In this document: piece after piece, positions 1-9,972 of the stretch | Position numbering within the stretch: the stretch's first letter is position 1 | Layout: each line of letters starts with the position of its first letter | Source: Treponemataceae bacterium | GTDB taxonomy: Bacteria; Spirochaetota; Spirochaetia; Treponematales; Rectinemataceae | Direction of reading: 5' to 3' | NCBI GenBank assembly: GCA_963677895.2 | Contig: CAXXGJ010000002.1 | Span: forward strand, 128,001-192,000 | Length of the DNA: 64,000 nt | Program-made: the position numbers and the translations under genes | The notes under the pieces: model-generated | What the model was told of the DNA's origin: nothing | What the model saw: only the letters and a program-made list of their open reading frames with translations | The model's database searches: none

Positions 1-256
1 AATGGAGCTCACGACGGACAAGGTGGGGATCACCCTCATCGATCATGGTCCGGGCATAGCCGATATAGACCTGGCTATGACGGAGGGCTTTTCCACGGCG
101 AGCGAGGAAGTCCGGAACATGGGATTCGGCGCCGGCATGGGGCTTCCCAACATGAAGCGCAACGCCGACCTTATGGAACTGGAAAGCAAGGTAGGTCTGG
201 GCACGAGAGTGCATCTGCTGTTCAGGCTCAATCCGGCGCAGGGCGCCAAAGCATAA
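1..256 (+). CDS. Anti-sigma regulatory factor / RsbT-like Ser/Thr kinase (HATPase), 5'-truncated by window edge
   Basis: GHKL motifs DHGPGI, GFST and GAGMGL, plus SKVGLGT; lies directly upstream of a hydrogenase-like gene. Confidence 0.85.
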   Translation, partial: MELTTDKVGITLIDHGPGIADIDLAMTEGFSTASEEVRNMGFGAGMGLPNMKRNADLMELESKVGLGTRVHLLFRLNPAQGAKA

Positions 257-282
257 ATCGGAATCAGGGGAAGGCGGCGCTG

Positions 283-1656
283 ATGGGCGGCAGCATTTTT
301 CATTCGGTATATCTGGACTCCAGTCTCTGCGTCGGCTGCACGACCTGCGTCCGGCGATGCCCCACCCAAGCCATCCGCGTGAGGGACGGCAAGGCCCATA
401 TCACCGAAGAACGCTGCATAGACTGCGGCGAGTGCATCCGCGCCTGTCCCAAAGGGGCGAAGAAATCGGTCTCCGATCCCCTGGCCGTGATGGGCGGCTA
501 CGACATAAACGTGGCGCTTCCCGCGCCTTCGCTCTATGGACAGTTCGGCATCGATCATTCACCGGAACAGGTTTTCGCCGTGCTCCGGACCATAGGTTTC
601 GACGAGGTTTTCGACGTGGCCTGGGGCGCCAAAGCCCTCACGGAATCCATAAGGGAATACGCCAAGGCCGATCTTCCGAGACCCCTCATTTCGAGCGCCT
701 GTCCCGTGGTCGTCCGCCTCATCCAACTCCGCTTCCCCTCGCTCATACAGAACCTCGTGCCCTTCCTGCCGCCCGTCGAGGTGGCCGCGAGGGAAGTCCG
801 CTCGCGTTTCGCGCGGGCGGGGGAGGCTTTCGCGAACAAGAGAGTGGGTATTTTCTTCCTCAGTCCCTGCACCTCCAAGGTGACGGCCATCAAAGCCCCC
901 CTCGGCTACCACGCTTCCGAGGTGAATGCCGTATTCTCCTTTCAGGATATTTATGCGGCTTTGAAGAAGAACCTTAAGGCGGGTTCCGGAGCCTCCGAGG
1001 GCGACAGGACCGGGCGTTCGTCCGCTTTGCCGAGGATCCGGGAGCTGGGAAGCGGCTTTGGCTGGGCACGTTCCGACGGCGAACTCGAATCGCTGGACAT
1101 CCCGGGCGCGGTCTCCGTCGATGGCATAGGCAACGTGATCGCCCTGCTCGAGGAGATCGACAACGGCAAGCTCGGGGAACTGCCCTACATCGAAGCCCTG
1201 GCCTGCCCTGGCGGATGCGTCGGGGGGCCTATGGCCGTGGCCAACCCCCATGTCGCCAGGACGACCATCAAAGCCATAGCGAAAAAGGAATCGGCCGAAT
1301 CCGTCCGCCCGGCCAACGGAGCCTCCGCGCCGCCTTCCGGAACGTTCGCGCCGCCTTCCGGAAAGGCCGGGCCGGCGAATTTCAGGCCGCTACTCTGGGA
1401 TGAAGAACTCCTTCCCAAACCGGTGATGGTCCTCGACAGGGACATGGAAAAGGCGCTCGCGATGGCGGAAGCGCTCGAGGAAATAGCGGCCGGTCTGCCG
1501 GGTCTGGACTGCGGCGCCTGCGGAGCGCCGGATTGTCGCGCTTTTGCCGAAGATATCGTTAAGGGCTGCGCGAAAATTGACGATTGTATAGTGCGGATGA
1601 AAGAGAAATCGGCTAAGATAACCGGAATTCAAAATTCAGCCGGGATGGCCGAATAG
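283..1656 (+). CDS. [FeFe]-hydrogenase-like protein, group D / putative sensory type
   Basis: Two N-terminal CxxCxxCxxxCP ferredoxin motifs; H-cluster motifs SSACP, SPCTSK, EALACPGGCVGG; C-terminal Cx2Cx4Cx16C. Confidence 0.88.
   Translation: MGGSIFHSVYLDSSLCVGCTTCVRRCPTQAIRVRDGKAHITEERCIDCGECIRACPKGAKKSVSDPLAVMGGYDINVALPAPSLYGQFGIDHSPEQVFAVLRTIGFDEVFDVAWGAKALTESIREYAKADLPRPLISSACPVVVRLIQLRFPSLIQNLVPFLPPVEVAAREVRSRFARAGEAFANKRVGIFFLSPCTSKVTAIKAPLGYHASEVNAVFSFQDIYAALKKNLKAGSGASEGDRTGRSSALPRIRELGSGFGWARSDGELESLDIPGAVSVDGIGNVIALLEEIDNGKLGELPYIEALACPGGCVGGPMAVANPHVARTTIKAIAKKESAESVRPANGASAPPSGTFAPPSGKAGPANFRPLLWDEELLPKPVMVLDRDMEKALAMAEALEEIAAGLPGLDCGACGAPDCRAFAEDIVKGCAKIDDCIVRMKEKSAKITGIQNSAGMAE
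1326..1363 (+). repeat. In-frame tandem duplication (17-bp identical core, 21-bp period) encoding APPSG twice in a linker
   Basis: cgcgccgccttccggaa at 1326-1342 and 1347-1363. Confidence 0.8.
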
Positions 1657-1668
1657 AGTCAGGGAAAT

Positions 1669-1697
1669 TTGACAAATGCTCTAAAGATCATTATAGT
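1669..1697 (+). promoter_or_regulatory. Sigma70-type promoter for the glycosidase gene
   Basis: TTGACA(1669-1674)-17 bp-TATAGT(1692-1697). Confidence 0.75.
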
Positions 1698-1810
1698 GAT
1701 AATTTAGGGTACGTCTCGTATAATAATGCAACAAACGGTGTACTTTGCAGACTGTCGCGCCCGAAGGCATGTGCCGCTGTCGCAGATAACGTCCGGGAGA
1801 GGGGTCGTTC

Positions 1811-3262
1811 TTGAATAAAAAAGACTTTCCGCGTGTCCATTTTTACGACCAGGACTTTGTAGAAATATACGACCGCACATGGGCCTGGGTTGCCGACTGC
1901 TGGGCCTCGGGCGGAGCCGAAAGCGGCTTCGACAAGATCAAGTTTTTCCATTATCCTCAAAAACCCGTCCTCGACGTGATGGAACAGGTTTTTTCTTCTT
2001 TTTTCCTGGTCTACAGCAATAGGATATTTTCCGCGTCCAATGGCCTCGACGCTCTCTATGGCCTCCAGGAAGCCGACGGAGCCATCAGGGCAACCTACGA
2101 TATGGAGACTGGCAAGCCAGTTTTCTCCCCTGAAAACCCCGAAGGCCTCATTTTACCTCTCTTCGCCTGGGCGGAGTACAACCTTTATCACAAGACGGCC
2201 AACAAGAAACGCGTCAAGGACGTAATGCCCGCCCTCAGGAAGCACTACAAGTGGCTCGAGAGCAATTTCAAGGGCGCGAACGGTCTCTACTCGGCGCCGA
2301 TTGCCGCCAGCGGCTTGAGCAATTCACCCCGCGAGGGAGCCCGCTACCTGGTCGATTTCAATGCCGTCATGGCGATGAACGCGCTCTATATCTCGGCCCT
2401 CGGTGACATTCTCAACGACAAGGATATTTCCTTCCAGTTCAAGCGCGACTATTTCTCGCTCAAGACGAGAGTGAACGGCAAGATGTGGAACGCCGAGGAT
2501 GGATTCTACTACGACCTCGACGAGCAGGAAAAACACGTCAAGGTGAAGACAATAGGTTCCTATTGGCTGCTTCTGGCCGAGATCCCCAACGAAGACAGGG
2601 CCGAGAAGCTTGTGGCCAAACTCAAGGACGCCACCTGCTTCGGCACGGAGAATCCCTTCCCGACCTTGTCGGCGGACGATCCCCATTACGATAAAAAGGG
2701 CAACGGCTATCGCGGTTCGGTCGTGACCGCTTTCACCTTCATGGTGATCAAGGGGCTGGAAAAGTACAACTTCTACGAATTCGCCCGCGACTGCGCCATA
2801 AGGCACCTCTATTTCATACTGGATTCGATGCACGCGGGAACGGAACACGCCGAGGGGAACCATCAGAAAGAGCATAAGCCCATCGTCTGGGGAGCCTACC
2901 AGCCTCAATCCGAGGGCAAGGCCTCCTGGGACGGACATCCCGACTGGCCCTATCCGCACTACCTGCCCTTCAATGGCCTCGCCAGCGTCACCCTGATGAT
3001 CGAAAATATCGTGGGACTCTATGTTTCCCTGCCGAGGAAGACGGTCGACTGGATCGTCCCCAACCTCGAGATCATGGGCATCGAGAACCTCTCCCTCAAG
3101 CGGAACATGGTCACGATCCTTTCGAGCAAATCCGGGCGTGGCTGGGAAATCCATATGGAGAGCGAAAAACTCTATTACTTCACCATCAACGTGCTCAACA
3201 AGAAAAAGAAAACCCTGCCCATCCCCTCGGGCAAGTGTTCCATGCTCATCGATAAAATTTAG
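1811..3262 (+). CDS. Trehalase/GH63-like (alpha/alpha)6 glycoside hydrolase domain protein
   Basis: TTG start after GGAGAGG; MWNAEDGFYYD, PFPTLSADDPHY and YRGSV segments typical of GH63/GH37-like proteins. Confidence 0.75.
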   Translation: MNKKDFPRVHFYDQDFVEIYDRTWAWVADCWASGGAESGFDKIKFFHYPQKPVLDVMEQVFSSFFLVYSNRIFSASNGLDALYGLQEADGAIRATYDMETGKPVFSPENPEGLILPLFAWAEYNLYHKTANKKRVKDVMPALRKHYKWLESNFKGANGLYSAPIAASGLSNSPREGARYLVDFNAVMAMNALYISALGDILNDKDISFQFKRDYFSLKTRVNGKMWNAEDGFYYDLDEQEKHVKVKTIGSYWLLLAEIPNEDRAEKLVAKLKDATCFGTENPFPTLSADDPHYDKKGNGYRGSVVTAFTFMVIKGLEKYNFYEFARDCAIRHLYFILDSMHAGTEHAEGNHQKEHKPIVWGAYQPQSEGKASWDGHPDWPYPHYLPFNGLASVTLMIENIVGLYVSLPRKTVDWIVPNLEIMGIENLSLKRNMVTILSSKSGRGWEIHMESEKLYYFTINVLNKKKKTLPIPSGKCSMLIDKI

Positions 3263-3273
3263 AACCGTCTCGT

Positions 3274-3906
3274 TTACGAGACGAGGCTCGCCACCGACAC
3301 GAAATGGGCTATCGCCGCCAGAAGCACGAAAATATGCCAGATCTCGTGGAAGCCGAATTTGCCGGGGAAGAAATTGCCCTTTTTCGTCGCGTAGACCAGA
3401 GCTCCCAGCGAATATAGCAGCCCTCCCGCCATAAGCCAAGCGAGCGTCCAGGGCGTCAGCTTCGCCAGGAATTCCCTCGCGGCGAACACGCTGAGCCAGC
3501 CCATCCCGACATAGATGCCCGCCGTCACTCCCCTCGGAAGTCCGATAATGAACATCGTGAAGACGACTCCCGCCGCGGCCAAGGCCCATATGACGGCCAG
3601 AAGGCCCCAGCGCCAGAAGCCGGAAAAAGCGATGACGCAGAAGGGGGTGTAGGTGCCGGCGATGAGCGTGTAGATGGCGGCGTGATCGAATTTCCTCAGC
3701 CGGACGAGGGTTTCCGGGGGAGCCTCTGAGGCGTGGTAGATACCGCTCGCCATGAATAAGGTGAGGAGACAGAGGCTGTAGACCAGGAGGGAGAGTGTAC
3801 CTATTAGGCTGCCGGCGCCGCGGAGGAGAAGCCAACCCGCGGCGGGCAAGGCGAGCGCGGCGCCGGCCAGGTGAGATAGGCTATTGAAGGGTTCCCTGAT
3901 CCGCAT
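3274..3906 (-). CDS. Hemolysin III / PAQR family membrane protein
   Basis: EPFNSLSH, SGIYH, DHAAIY.LIAGTYTP and HEIWHIFV motifs; 7 hydrophobic segments. Confidence 0.92.
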   Translation of the reverse strand: MRIREPFNSLSHLAGAALALPAAGWLLLRGAGSLIGTLSLLVYSLCLLTLFMASGIYHASEAPPETLVRLRKFDHAAIYTLIAGTYTPFCVIAFSGFWRWGLLAVIWALAAAGVVFTMFIIGLPRGVTAGIYVGMGWLSVFAAREFLAKLTPWTLAWLMAGGLLYSLGALVYATKKGNFFPGKFGFHEIWHIFVLLAAIAHFVSVASLVS

Positions 3907-3913
3907 GCCCGGT

Positions 3914-4597
3914 TCAGCCGGCCTTGACGATGATCGACCCCATCAGGGCAAGTCCCGAAATATCGACCCAGGGCTGGCGCCTGTCGACCCGCTGCTCGAC
4001 TGAAGAATGGATATTGGCTTCGCCCATGAAGGGGAAGGCCGACATTTTGACGGGCAGGCCATAGGGGACGAGGATCCTGATTTCGCCCATGATGGCGATG
4101 GCGTCGATCTTGAGACGTCCGGGAGGGAGGGCGGTGTTGCGCAGGTCGAGGGTGGTGCTTCCCATCAGCGTGAAGCTCGTGGCCTGGTCCGAATTGAGCC
4201 AGTCGCCGGCCATTTTTCTGTCGCCCATGACGCAAAGCGAAAACTCCGGGCTTCCGTTGCGTTCTTCCACGAAGAGGTCTTCCACGGGAGGAGCCGCGGG
4301 GCGGCGGTAAGAAGATGGGCGGCTGGTGGCGTCGCGGTCGGAAGTCCGGCGGCTGGCGTCCAGGTGTCCGCGTCCCGTTTCGCGGGGCAGTTCCTGGGGC
4401 GGCAGGTCGGCGGTCTGCGTATAGATGTCGCGCAGGTCTGTCGCCCTCTGGATTTTCTCAGCCCGGACTTCATAGTCTTCGATGTTGATTTTGCCCAGGG
4501 CGAAAGCCGAGGTTATGGCATCGAGCGCGCTTTGTCTTTCCCGATCCATTTCATTGTTTCCGCCCGCGCCCGGCACGGAATCATAGCGGTCGTTCAT
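3914..4597 (-). CDS. DUF1707 (SHOCT-like) N-domain plus LiaF-like C-terminal beta domain protein
   Basis: N-terminal DRERQ..L..AFALGKI..EDYEVR..DLP; C-terminal repeated MG motifs (LMGSTTLDLR, IMGEIRILVP). Confidence 0.75.
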   Translation of the reverse strand: MNDRYDSVPGAGGNNEMDRERQSALDAITSAFALGKINIEDYEVRAEKIQRATDLRDIYTQTADLPPQELPRETGRGHLDASRRTSDRDATSRPSSYRRPAAPPVEDLFVEERNGSPEFSLCVMGDRKMAGDWLNSDQATSFTLMGSTTLDLRNTALPPGRLKIDAIAIMGEIRILVPYGLPVKMSAFPFMGEANIHSSVEQRVDRRQPWVDISGLALMGSIIVKAG

Positions 4598-4620
4598 GGT
4601 CCGCTCCTTGTGGCCCGCTT

Positions 4621-4665
4621 GGCGCCACCTTCCTGAATTTGGCGGCCCGCCAAAGGGTGGCGCCG
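4621..4665. other. Nested GC-rich inverted repeat in the pyrH downstream intergenic region
   Basis: ggcgccacc...tttggcgg-c-ccgccaaa...ggtggcgcc. Confidence 0.5.
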
Positions 4666-4759
4666 CGCTTGTGCCTAAAATACTGGATATCGGTAAAAAA
4701 ATCCACTATTTCCGCACGAGACGTGGATGGAGCCTCACCGGAAAGTGAGGCCGTCGTGT

Positions 4760-5479
4760 TCATCCGATAAGCGTGCCGACGAAGGTTTTGCCGTCCAGGA
4801 TGCGGAAAACGTTGTCGAGATCCTTGCCCGCGGCGCAGATCACCCGGATGTCGGCGGCCTCGGCGCGCGCCGAGGCGATGGGGTCGAAGGGCAGGTTGGC
4901 GCCCGGCGTCCAGGTCGAGCCTACCATGGCCCGGAAATCCTTCCAGGAGATGGTGTCGATGGGCGTGGCCGTCGGGTCCTTCTTGGGGTCGGCGGTGTAG
5001 ACCTTGGCGATGTTGGATAGATTGAGCACGGTCTTGGCGCCGAAACGCTCGCCCAGATAGACCGCGTCGTAATCGCTCGAAAAGCCCGGCTTCCAGCCCG
5101 AGGCGACCAGCACTTTTCCCGTGAAGACGAAGGCCGCCGAGGGGTCGGTGACCACGTCGTCGGCGCAGAGGTCGCCCATGGCCGCCTTCACGAGCTGGGC
5201 ATTGATGCGCGTCGCGGCGATGCCGATCCAGTCGAGGGCTTCGTTGGAGCCCGGGGCTTCACTGGAGCCCGAGGCCTCTCCCCGACGCCGCCAGAATTCC
5301 TTCAGCGCGGTCTGGTAGGAACGGGCGGGACCGCCCCCGCCGATGACGAGTATGGCCCGGCGATCCACGGCTTCGGCCAGCCAGGATTCGAGGCGCTGGC
5401 GGAATTCCACGAGAAAGGCGACATCGGGGCCTTCAGGCGGGGCGACTATGGAACCGCCCAGAGACAGGACACAGGTCAT
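4760..5479 (-). CDS. pyrH: UMP kinase, archaeal/spirochaete type
   Basis: VLSLGGS, IGGGGPAR.YQ, DWIGIAATRINA, PGFSSDYDA, VYTADPK, PFDPIA. Confidence 0.9.
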   Translation of the reverse strand: MTCVLSLGGSIVAPPEGPDVAFLVEFRQRLESWLAEAVDRRAILVIGGGGPARSYQTALKEFWRRRGEASGSSEAPGSNEALDWIGIAATRINAQLVKAAMGDLCADDVVTDPSAAFVFTGKVLVASGWKPGFSSDYDAVYLGERFGAKTVLNLSNIAKVYTADPKKDPTATPIDTISWKDFRAMVGSTWTPGANLPFDPIASARAEAADIRVICAAGKDLDNVFRILDGKTFVGTLIG

Positions 5480-6163
5480 TCAAACCTCCTGGGATGGGGA
5501 CCGGGACAGGTCCGACGGCGCCGTCCGCAGCACCTTGTATTCATCGGCGAGGATCGAGGCGAGGCGGCGCGCCGATCCGGTGAAATGGATGGCGTGCATG
5601 CCCATCCGGCGCGCCGCCTCCACGTTCGCGACGGTATCGTCTATGAAAACGCATTCGTCCGGATCCGCCTCGGCCGATGCCAGGCAGCTCCGGTAGATCT
5701 CGGGTTCCGGCTTTATGAGATGCAGGTCGCAGGAGAGGATGATCTCGTCGAAGGGCTCGATCCAGTCGGTTCCGCCCGCGCTTCTGCCGGCGCCGAACAT
5801 ACATTCCTTGCCTTCCTTGTTCATGTTGGAAAGAATAAGAAGGCGGCAGCCTTGTTCCTTCAGCTTTTCTATGATCGCGACCGTCTCGGCGTTGATGTTG
5901 AACCAGCTTTCCTGGTCGAGCCGGATGAGGCGGGGGAGGATGCTTTCGTCGACCCGCGTCCCGAAGCGTCCGGCTACCTTGTTCCAGTACGTCAGGGCGC
6001 TCATGACGCCCCTGTCATATTCTCCCCGGTCGGCGGCGTAAGCCTTGGGGAATTCCTCGGCCGGGGCGCCGATGATGGCGGCCATCTCGTCGGCGAGGTT
6101 TTTTTTCTGGTCGTAGGTTATGACCCGGCCGCAATCGAAGATGACCGTTTTTATAGGTTTCAT
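5480..6163 (-). CDS. HAD family phosphatase
   Basis: DCGRV motif I, LSN motif II, KPEPEIY, FIDD; start reassigned to ATG at 6163 behind GAGG. Confidence 0.85.
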   Translation of the reverse strand: MKPIKTVIFDCGRVITYDQKKNLADEMAAIIGAPAEEFPKAYAADRGEYDRGVMSALTYWNKVAGRFGTRVDESILPRLIRLDQESWFNINAETVAIIEKLKEQGCRLLILSNMNKEGKECMFGAGRSAGGTDWIEPFDEIILSCDLHLIKPEPEIYRSCLASAEADPDECVFIDDTVANVEAARRMGMHAIHFTGSARRLASILADEYKVLRTAPSDLSRSPSQEV

Positions 6164-6173
6164 GGCGATGACC

Positions 6174-7880
6174 TCATTCGGCGCGAGGGGAAGGCGCCCC
6201 GGCACTTCCCTTTTCGGGAACCGCGTCCAAGTCCAGCGCGCCACGGACGAGGCGGGAGAGGAGCTTGGGCAGTTCGATAAAGGAATATTCCTTGTGCACG
6301 CGTTCGCCGATCTGGTGATACTCACGGCCCCAGGGGCCAACGTTGATGACGGGACAATCGATCGATACCCGGGATTCCTCGCCTGAGTCGGGATCGGCGA
6401 CGGGGGACTGGCGCTGGACGCAGGCTCTGTCGCCTGCCGAATCGGAGGGGGCGAGGAAGCTCATGTCCGAAATGCCGGGGAAGTAAGGCCGTACCCTTAT
6501 GCTTTTCCCTATCTCCCCCGAAAAGGCCGAGAGTTCCGAGCGAAGCATGGCGATGAACGCGGCGTCCCTTTCCTGGTCGATTTCGGCTCGGGAATAGTAG
6601 GGGGGAGCGAAGCCAATGATGGCCGCGGGGCCTTCCAGCCCGGAGAATGGCAGGAGTTCCTGCACGATGAGAAGCGTCTGCTGGACCCTGTCGTCGGGCT
6701 GCTGGCTCGCCGCGTAGGCGCGCGCCTTTTCGAGAATGCCGGGGCTCAGGCGTTCGGCGAGGCGCGACAGTTCGTCGAAATCGAGAACGATCGGCTGCTT
6801 CGACGGCAGGGCGAAATGGCCCGATACCCTCCGGGAAAGCGTGGAGGCGCGCTCCCTGAGGGAGGAAATGGCGCGGTTCATGGAGTCGGCGGCTATTTTG
6901 CCCATCGCCTCGACGATTTCCTCTGGTCCCCTCGTGTGGCTGAGGACGTTGAGCGCGCAGAAAACGGCCGAAGGCGTCGTCACGTCGTAGGAGGTCCTCG
7001 ATTCCCGGAAATAAAGGATGGTGGGCGGGGGGGCTTCCTCGCCGGGCGCCACCTGGCGTTCCTTGATGGTATCGGGGTTGCATTCCACTTCCCTCGCGAA
7101 TTCCGAGGCGAGGAGCACCGGGTTGATGCCGTCGAAGGGAGCGCCCGCGTGGGTGCATTTCCCCACGAAGTAGACGAAGGGAAGGGTTTTTCCGACTGAG
7201 CCCGTGAAGACCGCTCGGCCCATTTCCCCGCTGTCCTGATCCACTGCCGAATCCAGATTGAAGACGGCGGCGGCTTCCAGACCGCGCTCGGCCAGGTAGT
7301 CCTTCAGCATGGCGGCGGCGGCTTTCATGCCGTGGCTCGAGCCTTCCTCGTCGGCCACCGAGAGAAAGAGAACGTTGCCCGCCCGCTCGAAGGGCGCCGA
7401 AAAGGCCGCCAGGACCGAAATACCAGCGGCCAGGCCGCTCTTCATGTCGAGTATGCCCCGTCCGGCGAGAAATTCCCCCGAAGCGAGGTCTTCTTTCAGC
7501 CGGGAGAGCGGATTGTCCTTGCCGCTGACGTCGGCGAGGGACTCGAGCATTTTGCGCGAAAGGGTTTCGGGATCGAAAGCCCAGGGTTCGAGGGAGCCGT
7601 ACATGGAGGTCTGCACGACATCGTAATGTCCCGTGAGGATGACGCATCGCCTGCCGGAACCTCTGACGAGGGCGAACACATTCGAGCGTTCCTTGGGATC
7701 GCCCGGAATGGGGAGGGCAGCGAGATTGCCGGGATTGTTCCGGAAATAGGGAATCTGTCCAAGCACGGACAGGAGAAAGGCGGGAAAGGCCTTTTCTCCC
7801 GGCGAGTCGGTCACGCTGGCCGTTCTGGCGAGCAGCACGGACAATTCCTGAACACTTTCGAAATTGGGGGATTTCTCCAT
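6174..7880 (-). CDS. M20 family metallohydrolase, RocB (arginine utilization protein)-like
   Basis: GHYDVV, GRGILDMKSG, DEEGSSHGM, GISDMS, GPWGREYHQ; ATG at 7880. Confidence 0.85.
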   Translation of the reverse strand: MEKSPNFESVQELSVLLARTASVTDSPGEKAFPAFLLSVLGQIPYFRNNPGNLAALPIPGDPKERSNVFALVRGSGRRCVILTGHYDVVQTSMYGSLEPWAFDPETLSRKMLESLADVSGKDNPLSRLKEDLASGEFLAGRGILDMKSGLAAGISVLAAFSAPFERAGNVLFLSVADEEGSSHGMKAAAAMLKDYLAERGLEAAAVFNLDSAVDQDSGEMGRAVFTGSVGKTLPFVYFVGKCTHAGAPFDGINPVLLASEFAREVECNPDTIKERQVAPGEEAPPPTILYFRESRTSYDVTTPSAVFCALNVLSHTRGPEEIVEAMGKIAADSMNRAISSLRERASTLSRRVSGHFALPSKQPIVLDFDELSRLAERLSPGILEKARAYAASQQPDDRVQQTLLIVQELLPFSGLEGPAAIIGFAPPYYSRAEIDQERDAAFIAMLRSELSAFSGEIGKSIRVRPYFPGISDMSFLAPSDSAGDRACVQRQSPVADPDSGEESRVSIDCPVINVGPWGREYHQIGERVHKEYSFIELPKLLSRLVRGALDLDAVPEKGSAGAPSPRAE

Positions 7881-7940
7881 GGGCAAAATATAACGCAAAG
7901 GCTCATGGAGAAGTAAGGTGTCCGGTCCTCGAGGGGCTAA

Positions 7941-7984
7941 GGAGCGCGCCGGGAATGCCTGACAGAGGGCGCCCGGCGCGCTCC
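7941..7984 (-). terminator. GC-rich hairpin downstream of the acyl-CoA ligase pair
   Basis: ggagcgcgccggg (7941-7953) / cccggcgcgctcc (7972-7984); no clear U-tract. Confidence 0.5.
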
Positions 7985-7991
7985 CGCGGCC

Positions 7992-9935
7992 TTATAGGTT
8001 GAAGAGCTTTTTAAGCGTCGCGATATTCCTGGGGTTGACCGTCGTCGAACCCTCGTGTTCGTAAGAATAATCGATCAAGTACCGGTATTCGGATTCGACC
8101 TTGCGGCGCACGAGCTTCATCGTCGAATTTATGGTGCCGTCTTCCTCGCTGAACTGCCTGTCGACGATCTGGAACGTGACGGGCACCCAGCTGGGCTGAA
8201 TGAGCGGCGCCCCGCCCTTGTCGTTGAAACGGTAGAATTCATCCTGGAGCGCCTGGCACAGCGCCTCGGCCGTCTTTATCCTTTTTTCGGCGATGAGGGC
8301 CTTCGTCCTGGCGATGTCCAGGCTGACGAGGGCGCAGGGGTATTTCTTATACAGGCACCAGGCCATCATCTGCTCGATGACGCCCGTCGAACCCATGACC
8401 GCGTCCTCTATCGTTTCGGGGCTGTATTTATTGCCCGATTCGGAGACGAGCAGGGCGTTTACGCGGCCTGTCACAGTGATGAAGCCATCCTCGTCCATGA
8501 AACCGAGATCGCCGGTCCAGAGTCGCCCGTCGCGCAGCACCTGGGCCGTCGCTTCAGGATTCTTGTAGTAGCCTTTCATGACGCTGTCGCCGGTGACGGT
8601 GATTTCCCCGACCTGCCCGGCGGGAACCTCGTTGCCGTTCCTGTCCAGTATGGCGCATTTCACCGACGGCATGATTATGCCCATGGTGCCGAATTTCCAG
8701 CGTTCGAGGGTGCTCGTCGAGATGACGGGAGCTGCTTCGGTGAGTCCGTAGCCGGGGAGAAGGTAGACGCCGAGCGCGGTGAAGAATTTCTGCTGCTGGG
8801 GATCGAGCCTGGAGCCTCCGCTGATGCAGAAGATGATGGAGCCGCCGAGGGCTTTCTTCCTGATCGCGCCGAAAAGGAGGGTTTTGGCCAGGAAATAGGG
8901 GAAGAAGGACGATATCCTGTCGCCGAGCGGCGGTTTGTGGCAGCCGTCGCCCATCCATTTGGCCGCGGCTTCGATGCCGTTCATGAAAATCTTCGCGGCG
9001 AGGGGGCCTTTCTGTTCCACGCCGGCTATGATCTTTTTCATGAAATTCACCGTGAGGGCGGGCACCGTGAAGAGGAAGGTGGGCTGGCACTCCTGGAGGT
9101 TCCCGGGAATGTTCCTCAGCATGGCGATGCCGCCGCCGCGCGCGTCCAGGAAATACAGCGCCACGCCGCTCCACAGGGCGGTGAATATCGCCGAGGTATG
9201 GATGAAGGAGTGATCGGTTGGGAGAATGAGCAGGGTCCTGTAGCGGGGCGTGATGAAGCGGATGCTGAGGTCGTGGCTGTTCGTCCAGAAATTGAGGTGC
9301 GTGAGCATTACGCCCTTGGGGTTGCCCGTCGTTCCCGACGTGTAGGAAATCGTCGCCACCGTGTCTTCCGTCACGGCTTCCGCTATGGCGTCGAGCCTGG
9401 CGGGGAGTGTGCCCGCCGGATCGGCGAGCGCCGCTCGTCCCGCCGCCAAGGCCTGGGAAAAGCCCACGAAGCGTCCGTCCTCGAGGCCGGCCTTCGAGGC
9501 CTGCGCCCTTCCCCAGTCGAGGTCCTCATCCAGGTAGACGAGGGTGATGGGGGCGCCCGCGCGCCGCGTCAGCACGCCGAGGACGCCGGCGAGGTAGTTG
9601 TGGGTGGTGAGGATGAGCTTGGCCCCGGAATGATCCAGGCGGAAGAGGATCTCGTCGGGCGTCAGCTTGACCGAGAGCGGTATCGATATGAGGCCCGCGT
9701 AGAAGCCGCCGAATTCGCCTTCGAGCCATTCGGGGCTGCCTTCGCTCAGGATGGCGATCTTGTCGTCGAGGCCGAAGCCCGAGGTGAGGAGCCATGAGGC
9801 AAAAGCCCTTGAGGCGTCGCGCACTTCCGAAAAACTCGAGGGTTTGAAGTCTTCGTTGGTTTTTCGGAGGGCGTAGGGCTCCGCTGGCCAGGTTATAGCC
9901 GCATTGTCGATCATCGCGAGGACGGTTTTTTTCAT
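7992..9935 (-). CDS. Long-chain fatty acid--CoA ligase (AMP-binding), paralog B
   Basis: YTSGTTGNPKG, GYGLTE, TGDLG, STMKLVR. Confidence 0.9.
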   Translation of the reverse strand: MKKTVLAMIDNAAITWPAEPYALRKTNEDFKPSSFSEVRDASRAFASWLLTSGFGLDDKIAILSEGSPEWLEGEFGGFYAGLISIPLSVKLTPDEILFRLDHSGAKLILTTHNYLAGVLGVLTRRAGAPITLVYLDEDLDWGRAQASKAGLEDGRFVGFSQALAAGRAALADPAGTLPARLDAIAEAVTEDTVATISYTSGTTGNPKGVMLTHLNFWTNSHDLSIRFITPRYRTLLILPTDHSFIHTSAIFTALWSGVALYFLDARGGGIAMLRNIPGNLQECQPTFLFTVPALTVNFMKKIIAGVEQKGPLAAKIFMNGIEAAAKWMGDGCHKPPLGDRISSFFPYFLAKTLLFGAIRKKALGGSIIFCISGGSRLDPQQQKFFTALGVYLLPGYGLTEAAPVISTSTLERWKFGTMGIIMPSVKCAILDRNGNEVPAGQVGEITVTGDSVMKGYYKNPEATAQVLRDGRLWTGDLGFMDEDGFITVTGRVNALLVSESGNKYSPETIEDAVMGSTGVIEQMMAWCLYKKYPCALVSLDIARTKALIAEKRIKTAEALCQALQDEFYRFNDKGGAPLIQPSWVPVTFQIVDRQFSEEDGTINSTMKLVRRKVESEYRYLIDYSYEHEGSTTVNPRNIATLKKLFNL

Positions 9936-9972
9936 AATTTTTTACTCCTTGCCGTGGCTTTCGCCATCCGGT

